A stretch of DNA of 64,000 bases from positions 123,330 through 187,329 of the forward strand of contig CAWDQP010000010.1 in assembly GCA_963804505.1 (NCBI GenBank), read 5' to 3'. Both the position numbers and the translations under genes were made by a program. Origin of the DNA: an uncultured Thermoplasmata archaeon. GTDB lineage: Archaea > Thermoplasmatota > Thermoplasmata > Lutacidiplasmatales > UBA184. The notes under the pieces were generated by a model that made no database searches, was not told the origin of the DNA, and saw nothing but the letters and a program-made list of their open reading frames with translations. Positions 30,770 through 40,909 of the stretch are shown here, piece after piece. Every line of letters starts with the position of its first letter. Position 1 is the first letter of the stretch.

Positions 30770-30812
30770 CTTTACCCCAAGGCCGCGCACTTGTATAAAT
30801 GTGGTTTTTGCA
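30770..30812 (-). promoter_or_regulatory. AT-rich TATA-box-like element (tataaat) upstream of the HxlR gene
   Basis: The only AT-rich stretch in this GC-rich neighbourhood is caattgacaaccgttctttacc…cttgtataaatgtggttttt. Confidence 0.35.
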
Positions 30813-30874
30813 CGCGCCGCGAAGCCAGGGCGCGGTCGCAGGGTTCGACCCGGGACCGTCGGCGTGTCGGCGGC

Positions 30875-31746
30875 CTAGCGCGAGGCGCCGGGCGCGGGCG
30901 GGACGTCGGGAAGCCGGAACAGACGACGGGCGTTCCCGCCGAGGATGGCACGGCGGTCCGGTTCGGGCAGGTCCAACCGCTCGATGAGTTCGACCGCGGT
31001 CCCCAGCTCCTCGAGCGGCCAGTCCGAGCCGTAGAGGAACTTCTCCGGCGAGCCGACGTTGAGCACCGAGTTCAGGATCCGTTCCCGGCACAGCTCGACG
31101 GCGCGGGGGAAGTAGGGTGCGCTCGGGGGGCCCAGAAGGCCGGAGGTGTCGACGTAGACGTTCGGGTTCTTGTACACCACCTCCGCCGCCTCCTCGATCC
31201 AAGGGTTTCCCATGTGGCAGAGCACGAACCGGACGTCCGGAACCGGCCGGCGACCTCGTCGACCTCGAGCGGCCGAGCGAACTTGAGCAGACCCCGACCC
31301 TCGAGCGTGTCGCCCTGGTGGAGGAGCACCGGGAGGTTCTGCCGGTGCGCGAACTCGTAGACCGGGTCGAGGCGAGGATCGTGGGGGTAGAACGACAGAT
31401 ACCCGGGGAACAGCTTGAGGCCGACGACTCCGCGTTCGTCCGCGACCGCCCGCAGGGCGGCCGCGACCGAATCCGCCCCCCGGGTCGGATCGACCGTCGC
31501 GACGGGCAGGAGGCGGCCCCCGCTCGCCGCGTAGCTGGTCCGTCCCTCGACGAGCGCCTCCTCGGCGGAGGGGGCTTGGAATATCTGGATCGCCAACGCT
31601 TGCTCGATGCCGGCCCGGTCCATCTCCGCGAGCAACCCGGCGACCGAGTAGTCGAGATCCGGTCGGTAGCCGGTCTCTCGGATCCGGGGCCACCACCGGC
31701 TCAGATGGACGTGAGCGTCCACTCGCCCGCGGTGCACGTCGCGCAC
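30875..31746 (-). CDS. amidohydrolase-2 family metal-dependent hydrolase, frameshifted near 31255
   Basis: N-terminal half carries VDAHVHL. The C-terminal half (VRFVLCHMGNPWIEEAAEVVYKNPNVYVDTSG…YGSDWP) is in another frame. Confidence 0.65.
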
Positions 31747-31828
31747 GTCGCCCGCGAGCCGATGCCCGCGCTTAATCCCTGGGATGGCAGCCGCCCCGGT
31801 CCCGCAATCCCCGACCGAGGACGGGGCC

Positions 31829-33460
31829 TTACGATCGAGCTGCGCTCGCCCCGACTTCGCGAGCGTCCGGCGAACCGCGGCCGCGGAGCTTAAGGTCGAC
31901 CCGCCGGCCCGTCCGCTTCAGGAGCCGGAACAGCCGCTCGATGTCGTCGATCGTGGTGCGGTGGTTGCAGATCGAGACCCGGAGCGCGGTGGTCTCCCGG
32001 AGCCGCGTCGTCGTCAAGAAGACCTCGCCGCCCCGGTTCGCCTCCTCCACGATGGCGCGGTTCAGGCTCGCGAGATACGGTTCGGTCGGTGCCCCGAGGG
32101 ACGGAACCTCCCGCACCCCTCGAAGGTCGCGGGGGGCATACCGGAACGAATAGATGTACAGGGTCGGCTCGTGGAACGCCTCGAAGTCGGGGTCTCCGCG
32201 GACGAGTCGGTCGAGGTGGGCGGTGCACGCGAGGTTCTGCCGGAAGAGACGGCAGTACCCGTCCACCCCCAACTGCTTCAGCGCCATCCAGACCTTCAGC
32301 GCCCGGAACCCCCGGGAGCTCTGCGGACCGAGCGATCGGTAGTTCTTCGGAGCCGTCGGCCGGAGGTCCTGGCGCTCGAGGTAGGCGGCCTCCATCCCGA
32401 AGGCGCGCTGGAGGAGCGCCTCGTCCTTCACGAGGAGCCCACCGCACTCCTTGGGCAGGTAGAGCCATTTGTGCGGGTCGAGGGTCACGGAGTCCGCTCG
32501 GGCGAGGCCCGCGTAGCGCGGGCGCAGCTCGGGGAGCGCGGCCCCGAAGGCGCCGACGGCAGCGTCCAGGTGGAACCAGAGATTCTCGGCCTTGCAGACC
32601 TTCGCGATCGCCTCGAGCGGGTCGAGCGCGCCGGCGTTGATCGTCCCGGCCTGGCCCACGACGCAGAACGGGATCCTGCCGGCGGACCGGTCCGCCCGGA
32701 CGATCTTCCGCAGCGCCGCCACGTCCATCGTGAAGTCCTCCCGGATCGGAACCGGGCGGACCGCGTCGCGACCCAGATTGAGGAGGTCGGCCGCCCGGGG
32801 GATGGTAACGTGTCCCTCGTACTCGGCGACGTAGACCGTGAACCGGCCCCGGCGCTTCTTCGACTGCAGCCCGTCCCGGGCGGAGTCGTAGGGAGCCCGC
32901 GCCCGCAGGGCCACTTGCAGCGCGGTGTGGTTGGCGGCCATTCCGCCGCTGACGAGCAGGCCGCCGCACGTGGCCGGGTACCCGATCATGGCGGCGAGCC
33001 ACCGGATCACCTGGGCCTCGATTGCCGACTCGGCCGGGGAGATGCGACTGTCGGCGACGTTCGGGTTCTGGCCCGAGGCGAGGGTGTCCGCGAGCGTGGC
33101 GATCTGGAGCCCGGAGCCGTGGACGTAGCCGAAGAACCGCGGCGAACCGAGGTGGGCGGAGTTCGGGATTACGATCCGCGACCAGAGATCGAGGACCTGG
33201 GACGGGGCCATCCCTCGACGGGGCAGGGGCTCGTCGAACGTGTCGCGAATGGCGCTCGGGCTTTTCCGAGGCAGGATCGGTCGGCGGCGGAGCGAGGCGT
33301 AGTAGGCCGTCAGCTGGTCGACGGTCCGGTACCCCAGGCGCCGGAACTGTTCGGGGGACAGGTCGACGTCCCAGAACTCGGGCCTGGCCCGGGGCGGCGT
33401 GGAATCCGGCCGACCCCGTTGCCGCCGTTTTCCCGTGGACCCTCGCGTTCGCGACGACAT
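31829..33460 (-). CDS. PLP-dependent group II decarboxylase (aromatic-amino-acid / MfnA-like)
   Basis: Motif SVTLDPHKWLYLPKECGGLLV (PLP-lysine) and the GGMAANHTAL segment. Intact ORF of about 540 aa. Confidence 0.75.
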   Translation of the reverse strand: MSSRTRGSTGKRRQRGRPDSTPPRARPEFWDVDLSPEQFRRLGYRTVDQLTAYYASLRRRPILPRKSPSAIRDTFDEPLPRRGMAPSQVLDLWSRIVIPNSAHLGSPRFFGYVHGSGLQIATLADTLASGQNPNVADSRISPAESAIEAQVIRWLAAMIGYPATCGGLLVSGGMAANHTALQVALRARAPYDSARDGLQSKKRRGRFTVYVAEYEGHVTIPRAADLLNLGRDAVRPVPIREDFTMDVAALRKIVRADRSAGRIPFCVVGQAGTINAGALDPLEAIAKVCKAENLWFHLDAAVGAFGAALPELRPRYAGLARADSVTLDPHKWLYLPKECGGLLVKDEALLQRAFGMEAAYLERQDLRPTAPKNYRSLGPQSSRGFRALKVWMALKQLGVDGYCRLFRQNLACTAHLDRLVRGDPDFEAFHEPTLYIYSFRYAPRDLRGVREVPSLGAPTEPYLASLNRAIVEEANRGGEVFLTTTRLRETTALRVSICNHRTTIDDIERLFRLLKRTGRRVDLKLRGRGSPDAREVGASAARS

Positions 33461-33525
33461 CGCCGGGACGAATCCCACGAGGATTAGTTCTCATCGGTGG
33501 CCGACGACAGTCGGCCGCCGAGACC

Positions 33526-34134
33526 TCACGCTCGGGGTCCGGGCTTCTTCCGGGTCCGTGACGACGGGGCGGTCTCCTCGGCGGGCGCGGCCGGAGCCGC
33601 GGGCGGCGGGGTCCCGGCCGCTCCGGTGCGTTCGACCAGCTGGCGGAACGTCTCGAAGTGCGGGAGGAACGGATCCGCCCGACGGCGGTCCTCGAGCTCG
33701 CCGAGCGCGATCTCGAGGAGGGCCTTCGCCTTCGTATCGCCCGCGACAGCCTTGGCCAGGTAGACGCAGAGAACCTGGTAGTGCGGGAGGACGAACGCGT
33801 CCGTCCGGGGCGTGCTCATGTCGCCCTTGCGCGGGCGGTAGATCCGTTCGATCGGGACCTCGGCCGCCACCGCGCGCCGGTGGGAGAACCCGAAGTACCG
33901 GCCCGGGCCGAGGATCCGAGTGACCTCGCGGACGCTCCCCTTCAGGTTGTTCGTGAGGCGGTCGACCTCGTGCCAGCACCAGAGGCCGAACCCGTAGTCG
34001 CCGTCGAGGTACGCCTCCCAGGCCTTGCTGTACAGCTCGCGCTCGCGCTCCTCCTGGGATGCCTCGGGGGGGAGGTTCGCCTTCCAGTCGGAGATCAGGA
34101 CGTCGACCCGCATCGTCGGGGAGAAATCCCGCAT
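33526..34134 (-). CDS. hypothetical protein
   Basis: ORF from MRDFSPTMRVDVLISDWK. The annotated N-terminal extension is Arg/Ser-rich and probably non-coding. Confidence 0.4.
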   Translation of the reverse strand: MRDFSPTMRVDVLISDWKANLPPEASQEERERELYSKAWEAYLDGDYGFGLWCWHEVDRLTNNLKGSVREVTRILGPGRYFGFSHRRAVAAEVPIERIYRPRKGDMSTPRTDAFVLPHYQVLCVYLAKAVAGDTKAKALLEIALGELEDRRRADPFLPHFETFRQLVERTGAAGTPPPAAPAAPAEETAPSSRTRKKPGPRA

Positions 34135-34192
34135 CGGCGGTACGTCCGGGGGTCGGGCACGGCGCGACGGAGGGGCGGCGGGCCTTAGACGG

Positions 34193-35761
34193 TTACTCCC
34201 CGCGGGCACCGGAGCGGAGATACACGCGACGCCCTCCGACCCAGGTCTCTTCCACGGGGGACCCGACCGCCCGGATCGCGTGGGCGAGGTCCGGAGGCCC
34301 GAGCACGACCAGGTCGGCCGGGGCTCCCGTTTCGAGTCGACCGTGCCCCTCCAGACCGAGCGACGCGGCAGCGTTCTCGGTGTAGAGACCGAGCGCCTCC
34401 TCCGGGGACAACGCCTCGTGCGGGTCGGAGTTGGCCGACCGGCCGAGGCCGTCCCGTCGTTCGACCGCCGCCGCGAGGCCCCTCCACGGATCGACCGGGT
34501 CGTACGGTGCGTCGCTCGAGCCGGCGAGCAGGAGGCCACGGTCCGCCAGCGTGCGGAACGCGTACGCGGACCGCACCCGTTCGGGCCCGAGCCGGCCGGG
34601 GAGCCAGTGATCGCTCCAGACGAATCCCGGCTGGACGACCAGGGTTGGGCGGACCTCCCGAAGGAGGCCCACCAGATCGGGGGGCGTCAAGGACGCGTGT
34701 TCGATGCGACCCGTCGGTCCGGTCCACTCCGGTCGGGGTCGCAGAAGCCGGGCGGCCCGCGCTACGGCGGCGTCCCCGATCGCGTGGAGGGCGGGTACCA
34801 GCCGGAGCGCCCTCGCTTCGGCGATGCGGTCCTCGAACGTTCGGTCGTCGCCTACCAAGAGGCCCGAGGTCCCGGGGTCGTCGGCGTACGGCGCGCGAAG
34901 CGATGCCGTCCGCGGCCCGAACGCGCCGTCCAGGTACCCCTTTGCCCCGAATACGGCGAACCGGTTCGGGCCCGCCACGAGATCAAGAGCGGTGAATTCG
35001 GAAAGTTCTCCCAGCCGGACGAACGCACGGACGTTGAGGGGGAGGCGGCCCCCCTCGTCCATCGATCGCAGCGTGCGGACCTCTTCCGGGCTCGCGCTCA
35101 TCGCGGCGACCGAGGTAAGCCCGTACGACGTCAGCGACTGCAGCGTCCTCCCCAAGGCCACGGCCCCCGGTCCCGATCGGTCGGAGACGACCGAACCGGC
35201 GCGTCGGATCGCCTCTTCGAAGAGGAGACCGTTCGGCGACCCATCCGGGAACCGTCCGACCATCGCCGGATTCGCCACCGCGCCCTCCTCCCGAACCCCG
35301 CTCGCTTCGAGCGCCACCGAGTTGAGGAGGGCGGCGTGCCCGCTCGCGTGGTGCAACACCACCGGACGGTCGGCGACGACCGGGTCGATGTCCCGAACGG
35401 TCGGCCACCGGTGGTCGCTCCACCGCTCGGGGTCCCATCCGCGCCCGACGATCGGCCCCGACGGGTGCCCGGAGGCCCACGCGGCGAGTCGGTCCCTGAG
35501 CTCGGCGAGCGATCGGACCGGCGCGAGGTCGAATCCTTCCCGAACGCGGGTCAGGTCGGAGACGTGGAGGTGGGCGTCGATGAGCCCGGGGACCACGAGG
35601 CGGCCCGCGAGCGGCCGATGTTCGACGCCCGTCGGAGCGAGTCGCCGGGCCTCGTCGTGCCCGCCCGCGAACAGGACCCGGCCGTCCTCGACCAGGATTG
35701 CCTCCGCGTACCGGCGGCCGGTGAACACCCGGCCGCCGCTCCAGAGGGAGGCCTCGGTCAC
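34193..35761 (-). CDS. amidohydrolase-3 family metal-dependent hydrolase
   Basis: Motif [11 protein letters not shown] plus amidohydro_3-like middle and C-terminal regions. Start taken at the GTG of [15 protein letters not shown]. Confidence 0.65.
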   Translation of the reverse strand: MTEASLWSGGRVFTGRRYAEAILVEDGRVLFAGGHDEARRLAPTGVEHRPLAGRLVVPGLIDAHLHVSDLTRVREGFDLAPVRSLAELRDRLAAWASGHPSGPIVGRGWDPERWSDHRWPTVRDIDPVVADRPVVLHHASGHAALLNSVALEASGVREEGAVANPAMVGRFPDGSPNGLLFEEAIRRAGSVVSDRSGPGAVALGRTLQSLTSYGLTSVAAMSASPEEVRTLRSMDEGGRLPLNVRAFVRLGELSEFTALDLVAGPNRFAVFGAKGYLDGAFGPRTASLRAPYADDPGTSGLLVGDDRTFEDRIAEARALRLVPALHAIGDAAVARAARLLRPRPEWTGPTGRIEHASLTPPDLVGLLREVRPTLVVQPGFVWSDHWLPGRLGPERVRSAYAFRTLADRGLLLAGSSDAPYDPVDPWRGLAAAVERRDGLGRSANSDPHEALSPEEALGLYTENAAASLGLEGHGRLETGAPADLVVLGPPDLAHAIRAVGSPVEETWVGGRRVYLRSGARGE

Positions 35762-37277
35762 CGCGACCTTCCCCCGGCGACCGACGGGCCCCCGGTCGCC
35801 GGGCCCCGACGCCCTGAGACGTCGAGGTAGCGGTAGAACTCGTACGGGTGCGGCCGCAGGTTGAGCTCGAGCTGCTCCTCCCGCTTCAGCTCGACGTAGG
35901 TGTCGAGCAGGGAGTCCGCGAACGCCGGCTTCAGGAACGCCCGGTCCGACTGGAGGCAGTCGAGCGATTCGCTGAGCGACCCCGGGAGCTCCCGGATGCC
36001 GAGCTGCTGTCGCTTCGCCGGCGAGAGCTTGTAGATGTTCTCGTCCACGGGGGCGGGCGGCTCGATCTTCCGGCGGATCCCGTCCAGGCCGGCGAGGGCG
36101 AGCGCCGCCTCGGTGAGGTAGATGTTCGCCGACGAGTCCGGCGTCCGGTACTCGATCCGCTTCGCCGCCGGCCGGCCGCGGTGGTAGAACGGGATGCGGA
36201 CGTTCGCCGAGCGGTTCGCCTTGCTCCAGGCGATGAAGACGGGCGCCTCGTAGCCGGGGACGAGGCGTCGGTAGGAGTTGGTGATCGGGTTCGTGATCGC
36301 GCAGAGCGCGCGCGCGTGCTCGAGCAGTCCCCCGATGTAGTACCGGCACGTTTGGCTGACCTCGGCGTACTTGTCGTCGGGATCGTAGAAGGCGTTCTCA
36401 CCCTTCGTCCAAAGCGATTGGTTGGTGTGCATGCCGATGCCGTTGTCGCCGTAGATCGGTTTCGGCATCAGGCAGCCGACCTTGCCGTGCCGGTGGGCGA
36501 CGTTCTTGATCACGTAGCGGACGTCCTGCACGTGGTCCGCCATCGGGACGAGTTCGTCGAACCGCACGTTCAGCTCCGACTGGCTGGCGGTCGCGACCTC
36601 GTGGTGGTGCGCGTCCATGACGATGTGGAAGTCGTCGGCCAGGATGTTGCACATCTCGGCCCGCAGCGCGATGCAGCGAATCGGTCGGCGGGCGTGCGGT
36701 GGTACCCCTCCTTGAATCGGATCGTCGGCTGGGCGCTCGCGGGGTCCCACGGGGCCTCGGACTGGCCGATCAGATAGCCCGCGCCGGCCCAGGCGTCGCG
36801 AACGCCCGCGAACGACGGGATGAGCTCGACCCGGTCGAACACGAAGAACTCGATCTCGGGCCCCCAGTACGACTTGTCGAACCCGGCGTCCGCGAGGACC
36901 TTCTCGGTCTTCCGGGCTACGCCGCGCGGGTCGTGGTCGTACGGTTCGCTCGTCCCGCCGAGCCGGACGTCGCAGATGAAGCGGACCGTGCGACCGACCT
37001 CGGGACTCCAGGGGATGTTCGCCATCGTTCGGGGGTCCGGGACGAGGAGCATGTCGGACTCGAAGATCTCTCGGAATCCGCGCACGGACGACCCGTCGAG
37101 CTTGGGGACCCCGGTGCGGAACATCTCCGCGTCGAGGGCATGGCGCGGCATGTCGAGCTGGTTCAGCCCGCCGAAGACGTCCGTGTAGAACAACTGCACC
37201 CAGCGCACCTTGTCGGTCGCCAGGCGTTCGACCACCGCTTCGCCGTTCGTTGGCTCCTTCCCCCGCTGCCCCGCCAC
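35758..37277 (-). CDS. glnA: glutamine synthetase type I, frameshifted near 36690
   Basis: N-terminal domain [15 protein letters not shown]…[10 protein letters not shown] in one frame. Catalytic domain [32 protein letters not shown]…[18 protein letters not shown]…[11 protein letters not shown] in the other. The start and the exact stop are uncertain. Confidence 0.8.
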
Positions 37278-37289
37278 GATCGCACCCCG

Positions 37290-37410
37290 GGGGTCACGAC
37301 CGTTTCCCGCTACATCAATCCTCACCCGCATTTTTTGGACGAGCGTCCAATATTTTGACGGCAGACTTTAATTTCGGGTGTACCCATGAAGGCGCATGCG
37401 GCGAACGTCC
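37290..37410. promoter_or_regulatory. AT-rich divergent promoter region between glnA and lrp
   Basis: Sequence cattttttggacgagcgtccaatattttgacggcagactttaatttc is the only AT-rich segment for several kb. Confidence 0.4.
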
Positions 37411-37887
37411 ATGCTGGATGGCCTCGACCGGTCGATCCTGGAGGAGCTGAACGTCGACGCGCGCCGCAGCCACCGGGAGATCGGGCACCGCCTCAAGGTC
37501 TCCCCAACGACCGTCAGCTCCCGCATCGCGCGGCTGGAGGAGCAGGGCGTGATCCGCGGGTACATCCCGCTCCTGGATGACGAGCAGCTCGGCTGGGACC
37601 TCTGGGCCGCGATCGGGATCCGGATATCGAAGGGGCGGTTGCGCGAGGTCGAGGAGCACCTCGCAAAGGACCCGCGGGTCTACGCCATCTACGACGTCAC
37701 CGGCGACGACGACGCGCTCCTGATCGGCCGGTTCCGCGACCGCCGCGACCTCGACCGGTTCGTGAAGCACGCGCTCCAGGACCCGCACGTCGAGCGGTCG
37801 AACACCCGGGTCGTGCTCAACCGCGTGAAGGAGGACCGGCGCGTGCCGGTCGTCCTGCGAGGGCTGGAGCGACCCGAGGCCGAGTGA
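37411..37887 (+). CDS. lrp: Lrp/AsnC family transcriptional regulator
   Basis: Motif LDGLDRSILEELNVDARRSHREIGHRLKVSPTTVSSRIARLEEQGVIRGY plus a RAM domain. Confidence 0.85.
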   Translation: MLDGLDRSILEELNVDARRSHREIGHRLKVSPTTVSSRIARLEEQGVIRGYIPLLDDEQLGWDLWAAIGIRISKGRLREVEEHLAKDPRVYAIYDVTGDDDALLIGRFRDRRDLDRFVKHALQDPHVERSNTRVVLNRVKEDRRVPVVLRGLERPEAE

Positions 37888-37957
37888 GCCCGGCCGAGCA
37901 CCGGATTCCCCAACCGCTAAGAACCTCGACCGGGTCGCGCACGGTCGTAGGCGACGT

Positions 37958-38792
37958 ATGGACTGGGGAATGCGCAACCGCATGGCCCGGATGTTCCCCG
38001 GCGGGACGGACGGGAACACGGTCATGCTCGCGGTCGACCACGGCTACTTCATGGGACCCACGCGTCACCTCGAGGACGCGCGCGCGACCATCGCCCCCCT
38101 CCTCCCGTACGCGGACGCGATCGCGCTCACCCGAGGCATCCTCCGTACGTCGGTCCCGCCCACGTCCACGACGCCGGTGGTCCTCCGCGTCTCGGGCGGC
38201 GCGACCGTCCTCAAGGAGGACCTCTCCCACGAGACGATCACGACCGCGATGCGCGACGCCGCCCGGCTCAACGTCAGCGCGGTCGCGCTCAGCGTCTTCG
38301 TGGGCGCCCCCCACGAGCACGAGTCGCTCGTGAACCTGGCGAAGCTCGTGGACGAGGGCGAGGAGGCCGGCATCCCGGTGCTCGCGATCACGGCGGTGGG
38401 CAAGGAGCTCGAGAAACGCGACGCCCGCTACCTCGCGCTCGCCTGCCGCGTCTCCGCGGAACTGGGCGCCCATCTCGTGAAGACCTACTACTGCGACGAC
38501 TTCGAGAAGGTCGTCGAGGGATGCCCCGTGCCGCTCGTGGTCGCCGGGCGGCCCGAAGCTGGACAGCGACCGCGCCGCGCTCGAGCTCGCGCACAGCGCG
38601 ATCGCGAAGGGGGCCCACGGGATCGACATGGGCCGGAACATCTGGCAGTCCGCCCATCCCGTCCCGATGCTCAAGGCGCTCCGGGCGATCGTCCACGAGA
38701 AGGCGACGGTCTCGGAGGCGATGGACGTCCTCGACGGCGCAAAGGCGAGGTCCGCCGCCCCGCCCGCCGCGCGCGCTAGCGCCTCGCCGTAA
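37958..38792 (+). CDS. DhnA-type class I aldolase family (fructose-bisphosphate aldolase or ADH synthase AroA'), frameshifted near 38545
   Basis: Motifs [47 protein letters not shown]. The tail …PKLDSDRAALELAHSAIAKGAHGIDMGRNIWQS… is in the next frame, after an extra G in a G run. Confidence 0.7.
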
Positions 38793-38828
38793 CAACGGTC
38801 ATAAGGTCCGCGCCGGTCGCCCGGTCGC

Positions 38829-38913
38829 GCGGGGATCGCCCAGCTTGGTCAAAGGCGCCAGATTCAGGGTCTGGTCCCGTAGGGGTTCGTGGGTTCAAAT
38901 CCCTCTCCCCGCA
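38829..38913 (+). tRNA. tRNA-Leu (anticodon CAG)
   Basis: Acceptor stem GCGGGGA / TCCCCGC. Anticodon stem-loop CCAGA-TTCAGGG-TCTGG. Long variable arm. T-loop GGTTCAAATCC. No encoded CCA. Confidence 0.8.
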
Positions 38914-39039
38914 TCGAACCCACAACCCGCCCGGAGTCTCTCGGCGTCGTACCGAGCCTGTTCTCCGATTCGGACCCAAGTTCTGGTAGGCACGTCCGCC
39001 TTGGTGCTAGCCCCAAAAAAAACCCGGCCGGATCCGTCG

Positions 39040-39185
39040 TTACGGGCGGTAGGTGGGATCGCCGCGTGGACCCGGCCGCCGGGGGGGCAAGGGCAGGAGG
39101 GAAGGTGGAACGAGCCGCGTCCGCTCGGGGGCTCGAAGCTGACCGTCTCACCCCACCTTCCGCTCGGTGGTGTACAGGGGGCGGG
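39040..39185. other. GC-rich intergenic segment with strong predicted secondary structure, possible small RNA
   Basis: Perfect 9-bp inverted repeat GGGAAGGTGG…CCACCTTCC enclosing a nested CGAGCC…GGCTCG helix. It lies downstream of the tRNA and an A8 run, and no ORF is credible. Confidence 0.2.
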
Positions 39186-39398
39186 AGGGCTTAATCGAGA
39201 GGCGACCGACGGTATACTGCGCCCACCGGTTGGATACCCGGCGGGAAAGCGACCACCAAGTAACATAGAAGTTACCTTAGAGCCGGACCGGACCCGTCCG
39301 AAGCCGCCTCCCGCGCAGTCCCACCGGAGCCGATCGTCGCGTCGCGATCTCCCGGCGCTCGGCGGGCGGAGTCGCGCTCGCCCAACGTAAATAGCGGA

Positions 39399-39725
39399 TT
39401 GCGGTCGCGCGCGCCGATGGCGCCCGTCCGGCGGCCGGCGACGCCTCGCCCGTCCCGCCGTCGCCTTGGAAGAGCGGCGTCCGCGCCCCCTCCGGTGGTA
39501 TCCCGGCCCACCCGGCACCCGGGTCCGATGGAAACGGAGGAGCCGCACTCGCACATCGTCTGCCACGTCTGCGGCCGCATCCAGGCGATCGAGCTGTCGG
39601 AGCTCGACCGGCACCTCCTCACCGAGCTCGCGGGCCTCCGCCCCGACGGGTGGAGCGTCGACCGGATCGCCTTTTCGCTCGCCGGGGCTTGCCGGCGATG
39701 CCGCGAAGGCCCCGACGCCCCGTGA
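39399..39725 (+). CDS. Fur-family-like metal-binding C-terminal domain protein (N-terminal DNA-binding domain not identifiable)
   Basis: Motif HSHIVCHVCGRIQAIE…FSLAGACRRCRE (HxH…CxxC…CxxC, Fur dimerisation/metal-site pattern). The upstream 130 aa of the ORF are Arg/Pro-rich and not Fur-like. Confidence 0.35.
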   Translation: MRSRAPMAPVRRPATPRPSRRRLGRAASAPPPVVSRPTRHPGPMETEEPHSHIVCHVCGRIQAIELSELDRHLLTELAGLRPDGWSVDRIAFSLAGACRRCREGPDAP

Positions 39726-39738
39726 GCGGGCGAGCGGC

Positions 39739-40884
39739 ATGACCGCGTTCTTCACCGCCCCGTCGATCGCGTGGGGTCCCGGGGCCGTCGAGCAGCTGAG
39801 CGCGCTGGGCGCGCGACGGGCCTTCGTGATCGTAGACCCCGCGGTCGCGCCCCACGAGGGGCACCGGCGCGTGCTCGAGGAGCTCCAGAAGGGCGAGGTC
39901 ACCCTCGAGGTGGTCACCGACCTCGTCGAGTCCGACCGGGCGGCGAGCGCACGGCAGCTCCGGGACCGCCTCGTGACGTTCGTCCCGGACTGGATCGTCG
40001 CCGTCGGCGGCGGGCGCACCCTGGACCTCGCGAAGGCCGCGCGGGCGACCTTCGAGCGTCCGGAGCTCGACCTCGAGTCCCCGCCGGCGGTCCTCGGCCT
40101 CCCGGAGGTCCCCCGCGCCCGGCTGGTCGCGATCCCCACGACCAGCGGCAGCGGCTCCGAGGTGAGCTGGACCGCGGACCTCTTCGCGAGCTCGGGCGCC
40201 CCGGTCGAGCTCGCCGACCGGTCGCTCGTTCCCCAGTGGGCGCTCGTGGACGCCGCCTTCGCCCACTCGCTCCCGCCGGCGGAGATCGTCACGGGCGGCC
40301 TCGAGACGCTGGCCCTCGCGGTCGAGGCGTACGTTTCCGCCTGGGCGAATCCGTTCTCGGACGCCCTCGCCGCGTACGCCGCCGCCACGGTCGTCCAACG
40401 GCTTCCCCACGCCGTCCGGTGGAGCGACGACCCGGACGCGCGGACCCTCCTACACTACGCCGCGACCGCGGCGGGCCTCGCGGCCTCCAACGCCCAGCGC
40501 GGGATCGCCCACGCGCTCGCGCGCGCGCTCGTCCGGCCGACCGGCCTTTCCTACGGCCGGCTGCTGGGGATCGCGCTGCCGCACGTGCTGGAGTTCGACC
40601 GACCCGCCGCGCGCGAGAGGATCGAGACGCTCGCGCTCGTCTCGACGCTGCCCGACGACCCGGCCCGGTCCTCGTTCCCGGTGCGCGTGCGACGCCTCTA
40701 CGACACCCTCGGCATCCCGGCGACCCTGGCCGCGGCCGGGATCACGGCGGACCGCGTCCGGGGGGAGAAGGAACGGATCGTGGCCGACCTTTTGCGCTCC
40801 CCGGCGGCGCTCGCCAACCCTCGGGTCCCGGGCGCCGAGGACGCCGCGCGGCTCCTTTACGCCGTGGCCGGGATCGCCGACTGA
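39739..40884 (+). CDS. iron-containing (group III) alcohol dehydrogenase family protein
   Basis: Motifs VAVGGGRTLDLAKAA and IPTTSGSGSEVS. About 380 aa. Confidence 0.7.
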   Translation: MTAFFTAPSIAWGPGAVEQLSALGARRAFVIVDPAVAPHEGHRRVLEELQKGEVTLEVVTDLVESDRAASARQLRDRLVTFVPDWIVAVGGGRTLDLAKAARATFERPELDLESPPAVLGLPEVPRARLVAIPTTSGSGSEVSWTADLFASSGAPVELADRSLVPQWALVDAAFAHSLPPAEIVTGGLETLALAVEAYVSAWANPFSDALAAYAAATVVQRLPHAVRWSDDPDARTLLHYAATAAGLAASNAQRGIAHALARALVRPTGLSYGRLLGIALPHVLEFDRPAARERIETLALVSTLPDDPARSSFPVRVRRLYDTLGIPATLAAAGITADRVRGEKERIVADLLRSPAALANPRVPGAEDAARLLYAVAGIAD

Positions 40885-40909
40885 CCGGCGCCGGAAAGAC
40901 CGCGCCGGC

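Noticed and set aside
38914-39400. Assigning the GC-rich hairpin region after tRNA-Leu to SRP (7S) RNA or RNase P RNA.
   Set aside because: The conserved SRP helix-8 motifs (GGUGCnGG / AGCAGC) and the RNase P CR-I motif (GGAAAGUCCGGGC) could not be matched convincingly by eye. I kept it only as an unexplained structured region.
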